64,000 bases of DNA from Octopus bimaculoides (taxonomy: Eukaryota), in assembly GCF_001194135.2 (NCBI RefSeq), contig NC_068988.1:9996949-10060948 (forward strand). The letters run 5' to 3'. Shown here piece by piece: positions 11,061 through 24,618 of the stretch. The translations under genes were made by a program, and so were the position numbers. The notes beneath the pieces are model-generated. The model did not search any database and was not told the origin of the DNA. It saw only the letters and a list, made by a program, of their open reading frames with translations. Numbering within the stretch: position 1 is the stretch's first letter; the number at the start of each line of letters is the position of its first letter.

Positions 11061-13329
11061 ACTAATGGATATCAGGTAAAAGTTTTTCATCGTGTCATAC
11101 ATGACATGTGTAAAATCCCCATTTGTGTAGACTTGCTTTTTAAGGTTCCTGATCAAAAGTGTATTTTCTTGTTTGACTGTAGATTCTCATATAGTTTGCT
11201 TGTAATATACTAACACAACAAGAGCTCTCAGACAGCGCAAACTTCCGTCAAGGCAACACCAACGTCCTCACAACGATTAGACTGAGAGGATTTGAAAACT
11301 GAAAATATCTGAAATAAACTCGGCTGCTCTCATAAACGAGAATACTAACAATGAACCCGACCGTTCTCAAAAATGGTGTAAAAAATTCGGAAATTCGGTA
11401 CGAGATTTATTATAATTGTATTTTTATAAATATACTTAAATATACATATATGGAATATACTAGTCTATTGTTTTACAATTATTGAGTGCTTCATGATGAC
11501 TATCAATCATGACAATGGCTAAGCATTCAACAGTCAATAGTAGAAGAATTGGAAATGACAGTAAAACCGTTCCAAATTTCAATCGATCTAAAAATTATGT
11601 TCAACCATAAAATTTCGCAAACGTATTGTAACACTGAAACGAGGAAGACGAATTCAATTCCCATATGCTCCAACTGGTTTTCCATTATTTCTGGATATTT
11701 AAGTATCTAATACGATATCGTGTATCAATATCATCTAATGGTTAAGTACGGTTACATAATAAAATTTCATCGCAATAATGTTATCATTGATGTATAAATT
11801 TAAACGATACCGTGTTGTAAATTAAACGGTATTGGTTGATAATCGCTTTCCGAAACACGTTGACTCTGACGCGCACTTTCACATGTATTTACGCAATGAG
11901 AGGGAGTAGTTAAGAATTTTCGAAGCGCATCGCACAAGGATCGCCATCTTGGGTTTAATACCGCAATCACATTCGTTACCACTTGATCGGTGTGGATTAT
12001 GGGTTTAATGAAATGAAATCACTTTGTATTATTTTAATTTATGTTGCCATTACAGTAGAGCCATCAATTTAAATGCATGCTTCTGGAGAAATGATTTACT
12101 ATTCTTCGGTGCCAATCTAATCTGTATTCAATTCATGTTAAAAACGATTATGCTTTTTAACTTTCGTTGTTGTTTGTGTATTTTCGTGAGTGAGATAGGA
12201 GGAGTTTGAGAGTGTGTGTGTGAGAGAGAGAGAGGTAGAAAGAGTACAAATTGAGCGTGACTAATATAGCGAACTTGGAAAAACAATTGCATCCATTAAT
12301 ATTTCAACGATTGCTTTCGTAAAAACGGTCAGCAAAAGTAAGAATAATGTGAAGTACATGTCGTTTTAATGTGCATTTTTACTATAAGAAAATGATACAG
12401 GTTCTTTTATTTCAGTGGACCGGGTACATAAATAACCATACTCCTCGATTCTTTTTATTCTTAAAGTGACTCTCTATGGAGCATTCATCTATCTGAAATC
12501 CAGTATTACATCGTGAATGTTGTGATTAAAAGTTACCTCATCAGCACTGATATATATTTTATTGATGTCAGTTGCTACCATATTTACCCAGTGTAATACC
12601 CTTGAAAACGTCGATAACTAATTTATTTCAAAGACACTAGTCCCGTCACATGACAGAATCAATCAAATTTCTTACTCGTGTTTTAATTTCATATAGAAAC
12701 CGTTTTCTCTATTTGAGGATGTTTTCTCGGGTACCATAAAATATTTGAAAAATATGTTATTTTGTACGCCTATAAAGAGATGTTAGTACATACATCATAC
12801 TAAAGTAGTTTATTCAATGTTGCTGTGTACAATTATAAATTTTCAGTGGTCAGAATTTGCAACACGGATCTGTTTTCAGTAGAATCTCGGTTGTTCGGAG
12901 AATTTTCTTCGAAATAATGAATATCATAGCAACCTAAGAATATTACCTTATAAAGCTTTACATGATTCAAGAAACTCTTCATATAAAGTGTTCTTCCCAT
13001 TTGTGATGAGGAGGTGTGCATTCCACGGGAGATTTGACTGCTACTTCTAGCGTGTCTTAATAAGGACCACGTAGAGTGTCCCCTGTTGCTTTCCACTGGA
13101 AGAGATTTTGTTTCCGGTTCCATCGAAATGAATATTGAAGTACTGAAGACGATGTCCTCTCTCTCTTTCACTCAGATTCTTTCTCACTCTTTCTCCCCCT
13201 CTCTCTCCTTCTCTTTCTCCTTCTCTTTCTCCTTCCCCCCTCTCTCTTTTTCTTTCTTTCTCCTTTATGAAATCGGCAACGAAAGGATCGAAGAAAGAAA
13301 TATTCGAATCCTGATTCAAGTGTATTTCC

Positions 13330-14130
13330 CATTTTGGGGAATCTGTACGTATTGTATCGAACCCGGAAGAATGCAAAGCAAAGTCGACATCGGCGCAAGT
13401 TCCACTCAGTACGTAAAAATAGAAGTAATCCAAATAACGATTTTGTCCGACACGGAAACATCCTGCGAGCTTGCCACCTCAATAATGGTTTGATATTTCG
13501 GCGCAAGGTCATAGTTTTTGAAGGGAGGGGGACGTCGATTACATCAGCAGTATTAATTGACTGGTATTCATTTTATTGACCACTAAGAGAGTGAAAGAGG
13601 TTGAAATTCCTTGGCGGAATTTCAACTCAGAATATAAAAACGGACGAAATGCCACTGCGCATTTTGTTCGGCTTGCTAACAATTCTGTCTTGTGAGAATC
13701 TATATAGTGAAATTGCACTGAATCTAGAGGCTCCGTTAGTCATCGTTCTGCTCACCAATAATACAGTGCCCTTATATTTTAATTGTAGATGGCTATTGAA
13801 AATATTCATCTAGAATTAAATTATAAGAGCAATGTCGACTTTGCCCTGCAGCATTTTGGGGTCTACAAAATAAGTTCTGTTTGAACCCCAAAATTTCAAA
13901 TCAAGATAAAACTAATGTGAGTTGGTGAACCAGCAGAATCGTCAGCATGCAAAATGCTTCGCTACATTTCGTCCATCTTTACGCCCGGAGTTCAAATTCC
14001 ACCGACGTCGAACTTTCCTTTCATCCATCCGGGGTTGATACAATGAGTACCAGCTGAGCCCCGAGATCATTGTCCTCGACTTACGCTATCACCTGAAACA
14101 GCTGGTCTTATGCCAAATTTGTTCTCCAAT
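13330..14130. mobile_element. Cluster of degenerate SINE family A fragments on both strands
   Basis: Minus fragments at about 13340-13400 (GCAAAGTCGAC) and 13545-13690 (GGCGGAATTTCAACTCAGAA...GCTAACAATTCTG); plus copy at about 13922-14130. Confidence 0.6.
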
Positions 14131-15025
14131 ATATAAGTACTATCCATAGTTTAAATAATTTATATGGAAGAAAAATTGTCACCTGTCTAAGCTTCCAGTG
14201 ACTTCTCAGACACCAACACGAAATTATCTGCTCCTTTGCGCGCTCGAACTCTTTACATATGGAGCGGTACTGTTTAAATTAAGATTTCTGTATTGAAGTA
14301 TATATGTAAAGGAAATGAAAGAATTTTTGAATTTGCTGACTTCCAAAATGTGAGTCAAAGCAGACAATATTTCGTATCATTGATGTATTTAAGAATTGAA
14401 TAAGTAACATGTGGTTGCTAATGGTGACTGAAAGCGCTAAATATTCTCAGACGTATGCAAATCACTTGATTTAATCTTTGTAAATTAAATAAGCCGAGAA
14501 ATGATTCAAATTATAATTCATGCAACTTTGAGAGACTTATAGAAAACATGTTTTATATAAAAAAAAAAATGTGTTAAGGCATGTTTTGATGTGAAACTAG
14601 GATTCGTTTTATTGAGTGAACTGTACTGTAAAATGCTGTGAGTTGAAGATTTAACACTTATTTGAATTCTATTAACATTTCAAAGTGCATCTTTCACACA
14701 TATTTTCATCTATAAATTTTGATGCTGTTAAATGCAGCATTATAAAATATGTTAATAATATTTTCATTGAAGAAACGTATCTTATTCTTCATCTATCATA
14801 ATCTAAATAATAATCTTTAATAAGAAAGTCAGTAGTAGTTGTGTTTGCTCAACGGAAATTGGAGAAAACATTTTAAAAAACGAAAACAGATTTTCCTCCA
14901 AGTTATAGTAAGTATACTGATAATTAAAATGGAATTTCAACCTCGGTTTCCTTCCTTCTTATTCTAGCAAAATATGCTTCACTATGAAATATTAAAACAT
15001 TAAAAATATGTATTGCATATGTATG

Positions 15026-15083
<58 letters not shown>

Positions 15084-15505
15084 TACACACATATATATAT
15101 ATATATACATATATAAATATAAATATGCATANNNNNNNNNNACACACACACACACACACACAAACATACACACATATATATATATATATACACACACACA
15201 TATATCCTATGTGAGTGTGTATATATGGGCATTTTGTATATATATATATATGATAAATAAAATGGGATTAAAAATGCTGGCAGATATGAATAAAATACTC
15301 AGGTTTGAAAGATCTTGGTTAACAATACCCAACACTCAAACAAGAGCAAATGTAAGTAGAATACACAGCTAAGTTAAATCCTTATGTATGAGACGTTGAT
15401 CAAACTATTCTTTACAAAAATATCTAGATATTCAGATCGACAAAAAAACATACGTATAGAGAATATAACGTTTTATACCTACATATTCATATGCAAACAC
15501 GCGCA

Positions 15506-15576
<71 letters not shown>

Positions 15577-16831
15577 GCACACACACACACAAACGCGCGT
15601 AGGATTAGATTCTGTAAAGCTGCTACCGCATTGTGAAAATATAACTTATGTCATGTGGGGCTATCTAATTTTGTCTGGTGTTTAAGGTACTTATATGCTT
15701 CGCATGAAATAATGTAATACGGGGTTAGTATCAAATAAACATTGGATGTGTATAAGGATTCATCAGGAAGCCGATAATTACGAGCGAGAACACCATAATT
15801 TAGTGCTGGTAGATATACTATTGTGTACAGGGGTCGGGGATAATCATTGCGTGAAACAAAAAACAAAATATGATGAATTTTGATCAGCTTTTGTCTAGTT
15901 CTACTATGTTGTAGCATAGATTATTTAATCCATTGTAATTTTGTTAGCATATAAAGATTTTATCGCAAGGATTGGTATTGTTGTGAAAATAGTTTGAATT
16001 TTATCAAATGAATGCAAGGTTTCTTCTTTTTATTTCGTAAATAATCTAACTATTTTGTGTCTGATGAATTCTAAAACTTTTTAGATATTATTTACGAAGT
16101 CAAAATTCATGGTGAAACACTACTTTCCAGAATATTAAGTAGAAATCCGTTCAATCTGTTGTAATGATTTCCATTTGCGTTCTCTGGCTCTTGAAGTTCT
16201 TAGACATTGAATAATAGGTGTGACAGCACCGTTTAGACTGAACCTTCATATATTGATTAGGAGCCGATGCCAATGTTATACCGTGCCATGAGACCAAACA
16301 ATGCATTTCTTCTTTGTATTCAAACGCTATAAATTAAGAACAGATATCCAATTTTCCCCCCCCCATCCGTACAGGTGTCTCATCTGCCAGGGTTGTCAAT
16401 TTCCACACAGATTCTTATATACAAAATGGTTCACAATCTGCTGTAATTTATTTTGGCTGAATTCATTTATGTTCGCAGCTCACACATTGCAACTCTACAC
16501 GTTGGCAATGTGTGTCGTTGGTAGCTGATCATCACCGACTGTGAATTGTTTCTTCACAGATAGAATCTTCTTTAAAATTCTTCAGCCGTCTGAGAATATT
16601 GCTTCTATGTAACCCATTATTTGTTTGTAATGAATTGGAACAAGATGAAGCGGTGGTGAAGCGGGAAAATTAATCTACCAAAATGTGCAATTTGTACTTC
16701 CTACATCATATAATGAAGCAATTGTGCTGATATTGTAATACTTTGAATACAATTCTAGTGAAGATGTACAGAACCACTCAAGTGCACACAAACGCGCTCG
16801 CCAGGGCGGGAGCGCACGCACACACATGCAT

Positions 16832-16867
<36 letters not shown>

Positions 16868-18046
16868 ACATACGCACACACACATGCACATACACTGTAG
16901 AATCATATCTCTAAACGAGAGGTCTGCGTGTGAACGGTACATGTGCAAGAAACAAGCCAAATAAGAATGAAATAAACCAAAGGAATATCGAAGAAGCACC
17001 TTAGCTATCGTGATCCTGGTTGCCCTGAACAAATGAAAACGATGGAATGATCACTGCTGTAGCATCTTTTATCTTAGCTTGGTTCTATGGCAGCTGATCT
17101 GAGGCTAAACGACAGCAAATATGCTATATGATAGAAGAAACAATATAATTTATTGAAATATAGCCGAAATAAATTTGCCTTTCATCCGTTATGTAACAGT
17201 AATATAAGATCTATATTACCAAATAAACCTTGTCTAATATTGAAAAAAATGCGCCTCTTGTCGAAATCAATATAGATAACAACCAGCACGTGCTTAGTCG
17301 ATCTGCTATAGATAGTGGTCAAAATTCCATCAAATTACACTCTAGCCCGAAAGAAGGAAAGGTCAAATTAGATACTTCATTTCAAGTATCCTGAATTCGA
17401 TGTGAAATATGAAACATTTAGACCATGTTCCTCATCGATCTGCAGTTACTACATCTACATAATAAAAATATAGAAAAGTTACTTAAACATTATCGATTCC
17501 AGATCGATGAGAAATGCACCAAAGTCGAAAAATAACATGAGACTTTCACGCGGAAGACTTCAGTCTTAATTCGTTATATCAACCACCATGGCAGTGGGGC
17601 AAAGATTACTATTAGCCGTATTCTCAGAAAGATTTTCTACCTATTTTTGTATCATCTGTGTAGTGTGCGGCCAGCAAAAGTGATTGATGCAAACTATATG
17701 TAATCACAATTGGATTTTCACATCTCTCCACTTGTCAGGTATCAGTTTGACATAAAATAACATGAGGTAGCCATATAAACTCTGTTTGCAATTCTGCACA
17801 ATTCTGTTTCTCTCTCCCAATCATCTGCATGTAAACGTTACGTATACTTTATACTATATCTTAACAAACTGTTATAATTTCTCGTTACCGTTCGTCATAC
17901 AAACTGGCCGATGAGGCTAACGAAAGAAACTTTCAGAAACAGATTGTGAAGATTTTCTCGGCTTTAATAAAGAGCATGTTACTCTACCTTTGGTATTTGA
18001 GTACTATTCTTCCCATCTTGTTTTGCATTTATGTGCTTTCTGCTTT

Positions 18047-18156
18047 CAGTTGTTGAGTGTCCCACCCATGAGGAATCGATGCTGGATATGTCGAATAAAT
18101 TGTCGTGATTAATAATAAATTCTCGTATATTCCATCTTCCGTCTTTTATTTGCCAT
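18047..18156 (+). repeat. Dispersed repeat family E, copy 1, running into (AT)n
   Basis: About 85% identical to 54370-54477 (14 mismatches and one 2-nt gap by hand alignment). Both contain AATAAA and end TTTGCCAT directly before an (AT)n tract. Confidence 0.85.
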
Positions 18157-20217
18157 GCATATATATATATATATATATATACGTTTGTACATATATGACA
18201 GATAGAGAGGGGACAGAGTGCGGATGAAAGAAATACTTATAAAGAGAGACAACCGGGAATGAGAAAGGAATTTGAGAGTGGTAATGGGTGAAAGAGTATT
18301 AGTAGAAGACGTCATGAATGTAAGTTAAATAAAGTGAATTAGATTTGGGTTTTGGAAAAGAAAACTAGAATGTTTCACGCCAACATTAACATATGCAAAT
18401 ACGAGAAAAATATGGTAGGAGTAGGAGAACGCGTGAAATTATTCGAGTAGATATAATCAAGGTAAGAATAAGAAAAATTCAAACAGTGAAACACAAAGAT
18501 AATTTTAAACAAAGAACAGAATCGAAGAACTGTGTAAATTATAAATGTATAAAACAAAACGAAATATGTTATTTTAGAGACTGTGGGAATGGAAAAGTTT
18601 TACAAATTCCCTTAGGAATAGAAAGTTATATTTGTATAAGTTAAATCTTATAGAAAGTTCTTTTTTGTTTTCTTTAACGTCAGCAAAAATATAATTGCAG
18701 TAAAAAAATGTAAGAAGAAGACAAAACAATATTAACATCAGGTTTTAAAATTCTGAAAATTTTCCACGGGAATGAAAAAACAAAAATCTCTAATACAATT
18801 CATCGATAAAATATTTTATATATGTCATTTAGTTAACAACCAAAAAGAGATTAATAAATTGCGTCTTCAGTTTTGTAGAATGAAAATTCTTATGCCTCTA
18901 CCAGCTCTCGAATAGTAAATATTTTAAGAACACAAATTTAGTTGAGAATGTTACAAATTTGGTTAGCTTTAAATGATTTTCGTTTTCCTTTTGTATTTTA
19001 ATAAAAGAAGTAACGACGATGCAATAAATTCAGCTCATTTGAGACTACTTGTTTCCCTACAAACATTTTGTTTTTCTCTATGAAACCTAGTAACAAGTAA
19101 AATAACGTTTTACAGCAATGTATCTGAGTTAAAGACTTTTTGTTTCATTGAACATATCAAACATGATCGATGGGGTAGCTAGAATGAATAACAATAATAT
19201 ACTGGTCCTGTTTTATAAAATATTAATATTCCCTGATAAACTAAGCTTTTTGTCTATGAATTGAGAAACAAAATTATGCAAACTCATTCTAAAAAGATTC
19301 TTTTGAAAACCTAAATCATTTTACACAAAATGTTTTCCTGTTTTATCTAAGAGGATATGCAGTATCGGTAGGTGTAAAGGAGAATAATACCAATGATGTT
19401 AACCTTTTAATGACTTTTGTATTTCTTTAGCATAATGCAAAATGTGTGCTTTGTAATCCAGTACTCTTATAGTCCAAGAGAAAATTCCTTAGAAACAATT
19501 CCAATGTACCCACTTATGAAAATTCCTCCATGCATGAATATACATTCTTAAAATATGTCACAATGACCCAAACGCTCACCAGATATTTTAACTATAAGCA
19601 TATATGAAAACAATTGCCTTTAAACACCGTGTCTGTTGTATGCAATTTCAGTCGATATTTTTATGGAAGCATTAAAAACAGCATCGCATCAGATAACTAC
19701 AAAACTACGCTACAATAATATAACATTGCTTGTTTACGTTGGTATATGCAATCTAAAGAAGTTAATAAAGACAGCATTAAATATATATATATATATACCT
19801 GCTTATGAAAATATAGAAAAAGATTATTTCCAAAAACAATAGTAGGTTAAAAAAAAGTACACTAAAGAAATAGGTAGATAGCTGGTCATTGGACGCATAA
19901 TCTTGGTTAGGCTTAATATGAATAATAATAACACTTATTAGAATTATGACTGTAAGCATGTGTCGACTCAAATACCCTCCTGATTAATAATCTATATCTA
20001 AATGAAGGAAGACATAAATACTGGAAGAAACAAAATATGGAAAAACTGTGTTTGGAAAATTTAGAAGGGAAATAAGATTAACAAAGGACGAATCTACAGA
20101 GTTAGTGTTTACATAAATTATTTTTTGACGACTGGCAGACGATATATAGAGACGAAGCTACTTATAAAAGAAATATATATATATAAATAAATTGGTAAGA
20201 ATCGTATGAACCTCAAT

Positions 20218-20454
20218 AGACGTAGTCATGGCTGCATGAGAAACTTCGCTTTCTAACCATGTGGTTTCGGATTTAGTCCCACTGCGCGGCAGGTTAGGTG
20301 AGTATCTGTTACTATAGCACAGGTCGACCAATGACTTGTGAGTGAATATGCGATGAGAAATTGTACGGAAAACCATGGTCAATATGTGTGTGTGCGTCTG
20401 CATGTGTGTGCATGTATGTGCATGTGTGCTTGTGAGTGTGTGTGTGCATGAGTG

Positions 20455-20521
<67 letters not shown>

Positions 20522-20700
20522 GTATGTATGTATTAATTAGAGGTAGATTGTGATTCAACATTTAGTGGCTCAGCAAAAGTGATCGATAGAATAAGTACTC
20601 GGATTACAAACTATAAGTCCTAGGGTCGATTTGCTCGACTACAGGCGGTGCTCCAGCATGGCCGCAGTCAAATGCCTGACAGAAGTAAAAGAGTAAAAAG
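20218..20700 (+). mobile_element. SINE family B split by an expanded internal microsatellite
   Basis: Head and CORE-like part at about 20218-20390; tail GATAGAATAAGTACT...GGCGGTGCTCCAGCATGGCCGCAGTC at about 20560-20700. Confidence 0.7.
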
Positions 20701-20733
<33 letters not shown>

Positions 20734-21404
20734 ATGTGTGTGTGTGTATGCGTGTGTGTGAGAGTGTGTGTGTGTGTGGTTGTGTGTGTGTGTGTGTTTT
20801 CTCATCTTATTCACAAATGTAGTTTTAAGATATTACGTGAATCGAGACTGCAATGAAATTTACTGGTATAACCTTATCATATATTATAATGAACACCGAG
20901 ACATTGCCTCATACATAAAGACATCAATGGAATTACTATAAGAATAGGAGAAAGAACAAATAGTTAAAGATAAGAATGTAGAAAATAGGTCACAATTTAT
21001 GTGTGGGGTGATTGACGAAGGTGAACTCACTATGAGCGTTTTACTCTGTAATACTTCGTCTCTCCTTTTATCTGTCTTTTTGTCAAATTATCCACCCACA
21101 CGTTTCTTCATCCCTGTCTCGGTTTCTATGAAGCTTTCTATCGATCAAAATATTCGTCTGTCGTAATATATAATTAAATTTATCCTGATAATTACAATTT
21201 TGGCAGTTACCAAGAGGTAATCTTCTTTTAATTATCGACCTGTGAGTTATAATAACCTGAACATAATTCATTACAATCTTATTTTATCTCAAGTTTCATT
21301 ACAAGGTATCGTAGTCTTTACATATAGAACTCTGCAAATATGACTAGCTGAAAATATGGCAGTATATAAGTATAGGTCTGTGAAAATATTTCTGCGTGTG
21401 CCTG

Positions 21405-21570
21405 TCTGCTAAGAATGTTTACTTGTCCACCACATAGGCCTATAGGTCTGGGTTCAGTCCGGCGGTGTGACACTTTGCGCAAGTGTTTCTACGTTACTTC
21501 CGGGTCGACAAAATCCTTGCAAATGGATTCCGAAGATGGCATGAGACAGAAACCCGCCGTGAATATATAT
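21405..21570 (+). mobile_element. Degenerate SINE family B 5' fragment
   Basis: GGGTTCAGTCC...GACACTTTGCGCAAGTGTTTCTAC...GGGTCGACAAAATCCTTG. Confidence 0.55.
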
Positions 21571-21787
21571 ACACACACATATATGATTAGAAAGTAATGT
21601 AATGTAATGAAACATTACGGATGATATATTATAAATAAAATATCAATGGCCAAACATGTTATCATAAAATAGATAGAAGAAGAACGTTTCTAATTATGAA
21701 CAAGTCACAAGTATAACTGAGAAGGTTTCAAAACACTTACATGTTAAAAATAGCAGCCAAAACCTCTATAAAGCCATTATATCAATT

Positions 21788-22035
21788 ATATTATTTCTCT
21801 TCACGATAAAAACTATCTGCGGGCGACATGACAAATAGAATGCACAACTGAAAATAACTCGTTAATTCCCTATTGCAATTTCGACGTTAAGGACCTCTCA
21901 AGGGACCGCTACGTCTCGTCGGGGGGAAATATTTCTATAGATAGAAATAAAAACAAGATTTTAGCTTGGGGTTAGTTGTGAATTCTATTTGTCATGTCGG
22001 CTGGAGACAGTTTTTATTGAGAAGAGAACTAATAT
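21788..22035. mobile_element. 248-bp MITE-like element with 62-bp inverted repeats
   Basis: 21788-21849 matches the reverse complement of 21974-22035 at 54 of 62 positions without gaps. TA flanks both ends if the termini are read as 21791 and 22032 (possible TA target duplication). Confidence 0.8.
21864..21930 (-). ncRNA. Hammerhead-ribozyme-like motif (type I, palindromic stem III, U4C variant)
   Basis: Minus strand ATTTCCCC-CCGACGA-GACGT-[23 nt]-ACGTC-GAA-ATTGCAAT-A-GGGAATT. Stem II is a perfect 5 bp closed by G10.1-C11.1, stem III is an 8-nt palindrome, the triplet is AUA, and stem I is CCC/GGG extended by TT/AA after a bulge. Confidence 0.55.
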
Positions 22036-22102
22036 GTGCAATGAAATGGCTTTATATTTTTAACATGTAAGGGTTTGAAACCCTCTCGTTTATAAACGTT
22101 CC

Positions 22103-22177
22103 TCTTCTTCTTCTTCTTCTTCTTCTTCTTCTTCTTCTTCTTCTTCTTCTTCTTCTTCTTCTTCTTCTTCTTCTTCT
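22103..22177. repeat. (TTC)n microsatellite
   Basis: Read directly; it is the source of the poly-Lys ORF. Confidence 0.95.
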
Positions 22178-22191
22178 CTTTATATATACGT

Positions 22192-22227
<36 letters not shown>

Positions 22228-22704
22228 ATGCACGTGTATGTGTGTGTGTAGAATGTTTGAAATGGTGTACAGATATTGTATATTAAGAAGGAGGCAGTCA
22301 GAATTTTGGATAAGACATTCTTAGCGCTTCCATCAGTTCAATAAAACTTCAAAATATCATATATTGAAGAGTTCGATTAAACGGATGAAAATGCTAATAA
22401 AGAATTATGCAAAATTCTCACTGCCTGCTTCTCCTTTTTGCAATCTAAAGGCTGAAATTGGTGAAGGATAAACAAATATACGAATGCACACTTATTTTTC
22501 GAGTGAGAATTGGTTCTCAACGCACCGAAATGCTATGAATAATAGTCTATTATTTACAACATTTATGGATAGTCATGAACCATTTCTCAAAAAGATTTAG
22601 TTCACATTCTCTCGATAGTTTTATATACGTTTATGACTTCAACAATATACGTGTGTGTGTGTGTGTTTGTGTTTCTGTGCACATCAATAACGCACATGTA
22701 CACA

Positions 22705-22776
<72 letters not shown>

Positions 22777-23250
22777 CAGAGGCACGTTTATTAGTGTGGA
22801 CTGTCAGACGGAAAAGTACTCCATATAGGAATAAGTAATATTTTTATTCAGGACGAGTGAGTCTCTTACTAGGTGCGCAGGATGGCTGAGCAATATATAA
22901 AAAATGCGCGTACGTGTGTGCTTGTTTTTGTGTGTCTGTGAATTGTTGATGCATGTGTATGTACACGCTCGTCTGACATTCATGGATGAACGATTAAAAG
23001 TGACAGTGTCCCATACAGAGAAAAATGTAGAAAAGGAAAAGAGGACAACAGAAATAAAAATACAGTAGAACCTTTATGTCCTAAGATTTGTAAAGTAAGA
23101 TTGCCAGATCAAATCATTCATACAGCGAGGAATTTTTTACGGAAATTATCATTGACACAATGCCATTGATAAAAAACCAATGTTGGTTTATCGACAGTGC
23201 CGTATGATTACTCTACCTTTGGTTTAAACAAATGCTTCGGAAATAATAAT

Positions 23251-23462
23251 TTTTTCAAATTTTTGCCACAAGGGCGGTTTGGGGGAGGTAAGGCTGAGTC
23301 TGTTACATCGACCCCCAGTACTCAGGTGACGCTTATTTTATCGACTCCGAAAGGATGAAAGGTAAAGTCAACCTCAGCGGAACTTAAACTCAGAATGTAG
23401 CGACGGGCGAAATACCGCTAAGAAGTTCGTCCAGCGTGCTAACGATTCTGCCAGCTCACCAC
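23251..23462 (-). mobile_element. SINE family A copy
   Basis: Plus strand ends CGTGCTAACGATTCTGCCAGCTCACC and contains ATCGACTCCGAAAGGATGAAAGG. Confidence 0.85.
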
Positions 23463-23759
23463 TTTCCGATTTGGGAACAATAATGTAGAAGGGACAATAA
23501 ATAATATTTACTTACATCACTGGCGCTACATAATTAGACAAGTAAATGTCGATCTAAGGTCCATTTGCCTACAACGAATATGTTTATCATCAGAAGCGTT
23601 TTATTATTAGTTAAACTATTATATTATCCCTGTATTATATACATAATCTCAGTCATGTTTACATGTTTTTTGTGCAAAGTTTATCTCAGACAAATGTATT
23701 GTCTATATATTTCTAATATACATAAGTGAAGGCAGGGCTGTTTCATTCCATCGATTCCT

Positions 23760-24140
23760 TTTGGGGTTCAGTCCCATTGCATGCTATAATGGGTGCTTTT
23801 TGTTATAGTTCGTTTCGACCAAACCTCGTAGGTGGATTTGGTATATGGAAATTATATTGAAGCCCATCGTATATATGTGTATGGCTGATTGTGGTTGAGT
23901 TAGATAGTATATATGGGTGTTTGTGTGTGTGTGTGTGTGTGTATGTGTTTGTCTTTGTGTTTTTCCCGCACTACAGCTTGACAACCGATGCAGATTCTGC
24001 AGAAGAGATGGATGAAATATGACCCAAGCTTTAAGAAAAAAAAAATGTCCCAGGGACATTTTGTTCGATTAAACTCTTCAAGGAGGAACCACCTTTATGG
24101 CTGCAATGCAAGGACTAGAACAAGAAAAAGATAAAAGACA
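23760..24140 (+). mobile_element. Degenerate SINE family B copy
   Basis: GGGTTCAGTCCCATTGC...GTGGATTTGGTA...GCTTGACAACCGATGC. Confidence 0.6.
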
Positions 24141-24403
24141 AAAACACATTAATGTGCATTTATTTATTGGTTGTTCGTCTCGTCAAATGTGTGCATTTAT
24201 TTATTGACTCTTCGTCTCGTCACTATTTGCAGCAATCACATTGAAATCTATTGTTTATTGAGCACGCCTAATGTTCAAATAAATTTGAAGGTGGTTAACT
24301 GACTGCTTAAAAATTATGAGACTGGTTATAGGACTTTATTAATACAGTTTCACTGTTCTTCTTGTTACATAACCTCTCTTAATGTAAATTCAAGGTCCTT
24401 AAA

Positions 24404-24618
24404 GTGGCGCGCTTGCAGAATAGTTAACACGCAATACAAAATGATTTGCAGCATCTCATTTGTCTTTCTCTACTTTTGAGTTAAAATTCAGCCGAGATTG
24501 ACTTTGCCTTTCACTCTTTCGGAATCAGAAAAATAAATAGTAATTGAGCAATGGGGTCGATATAATCGATTTACCCATTCGCCCAAAATTGCTGGCCTTG
24601 TGCCAAAACATGAAACAT
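24404..24618 (+). mobile_element. SINE family A copy
   Basis: GACTTTGCCTTTCACTCTTTCGG body and CCCAAAATTGCTGGCCTTGTGCCAAAA tail. Confidence 0.75.

Noticed and set aside
16100-16620. KQFTVGDDQLP resembling a Gypsy RNase H motif on the minus strand
   Set aside because: A single weak motif with no colinear support.
17903-17937. CCGATGAGGCT..GAAAGAAAC hammerhead-like string
   Set aside because: There is no complementary stem II arm and no UH triplet in register. At best it is a very decayed remnant.
24153-24222. 37-bp imperfect tandem duplication; similar small units at about 25450-25515 and 29440-29525
   Set aside because: Only 2-4 units each with no spacers. These are ordinary local slippage, not a CRISPR-like or otherwise structured array.
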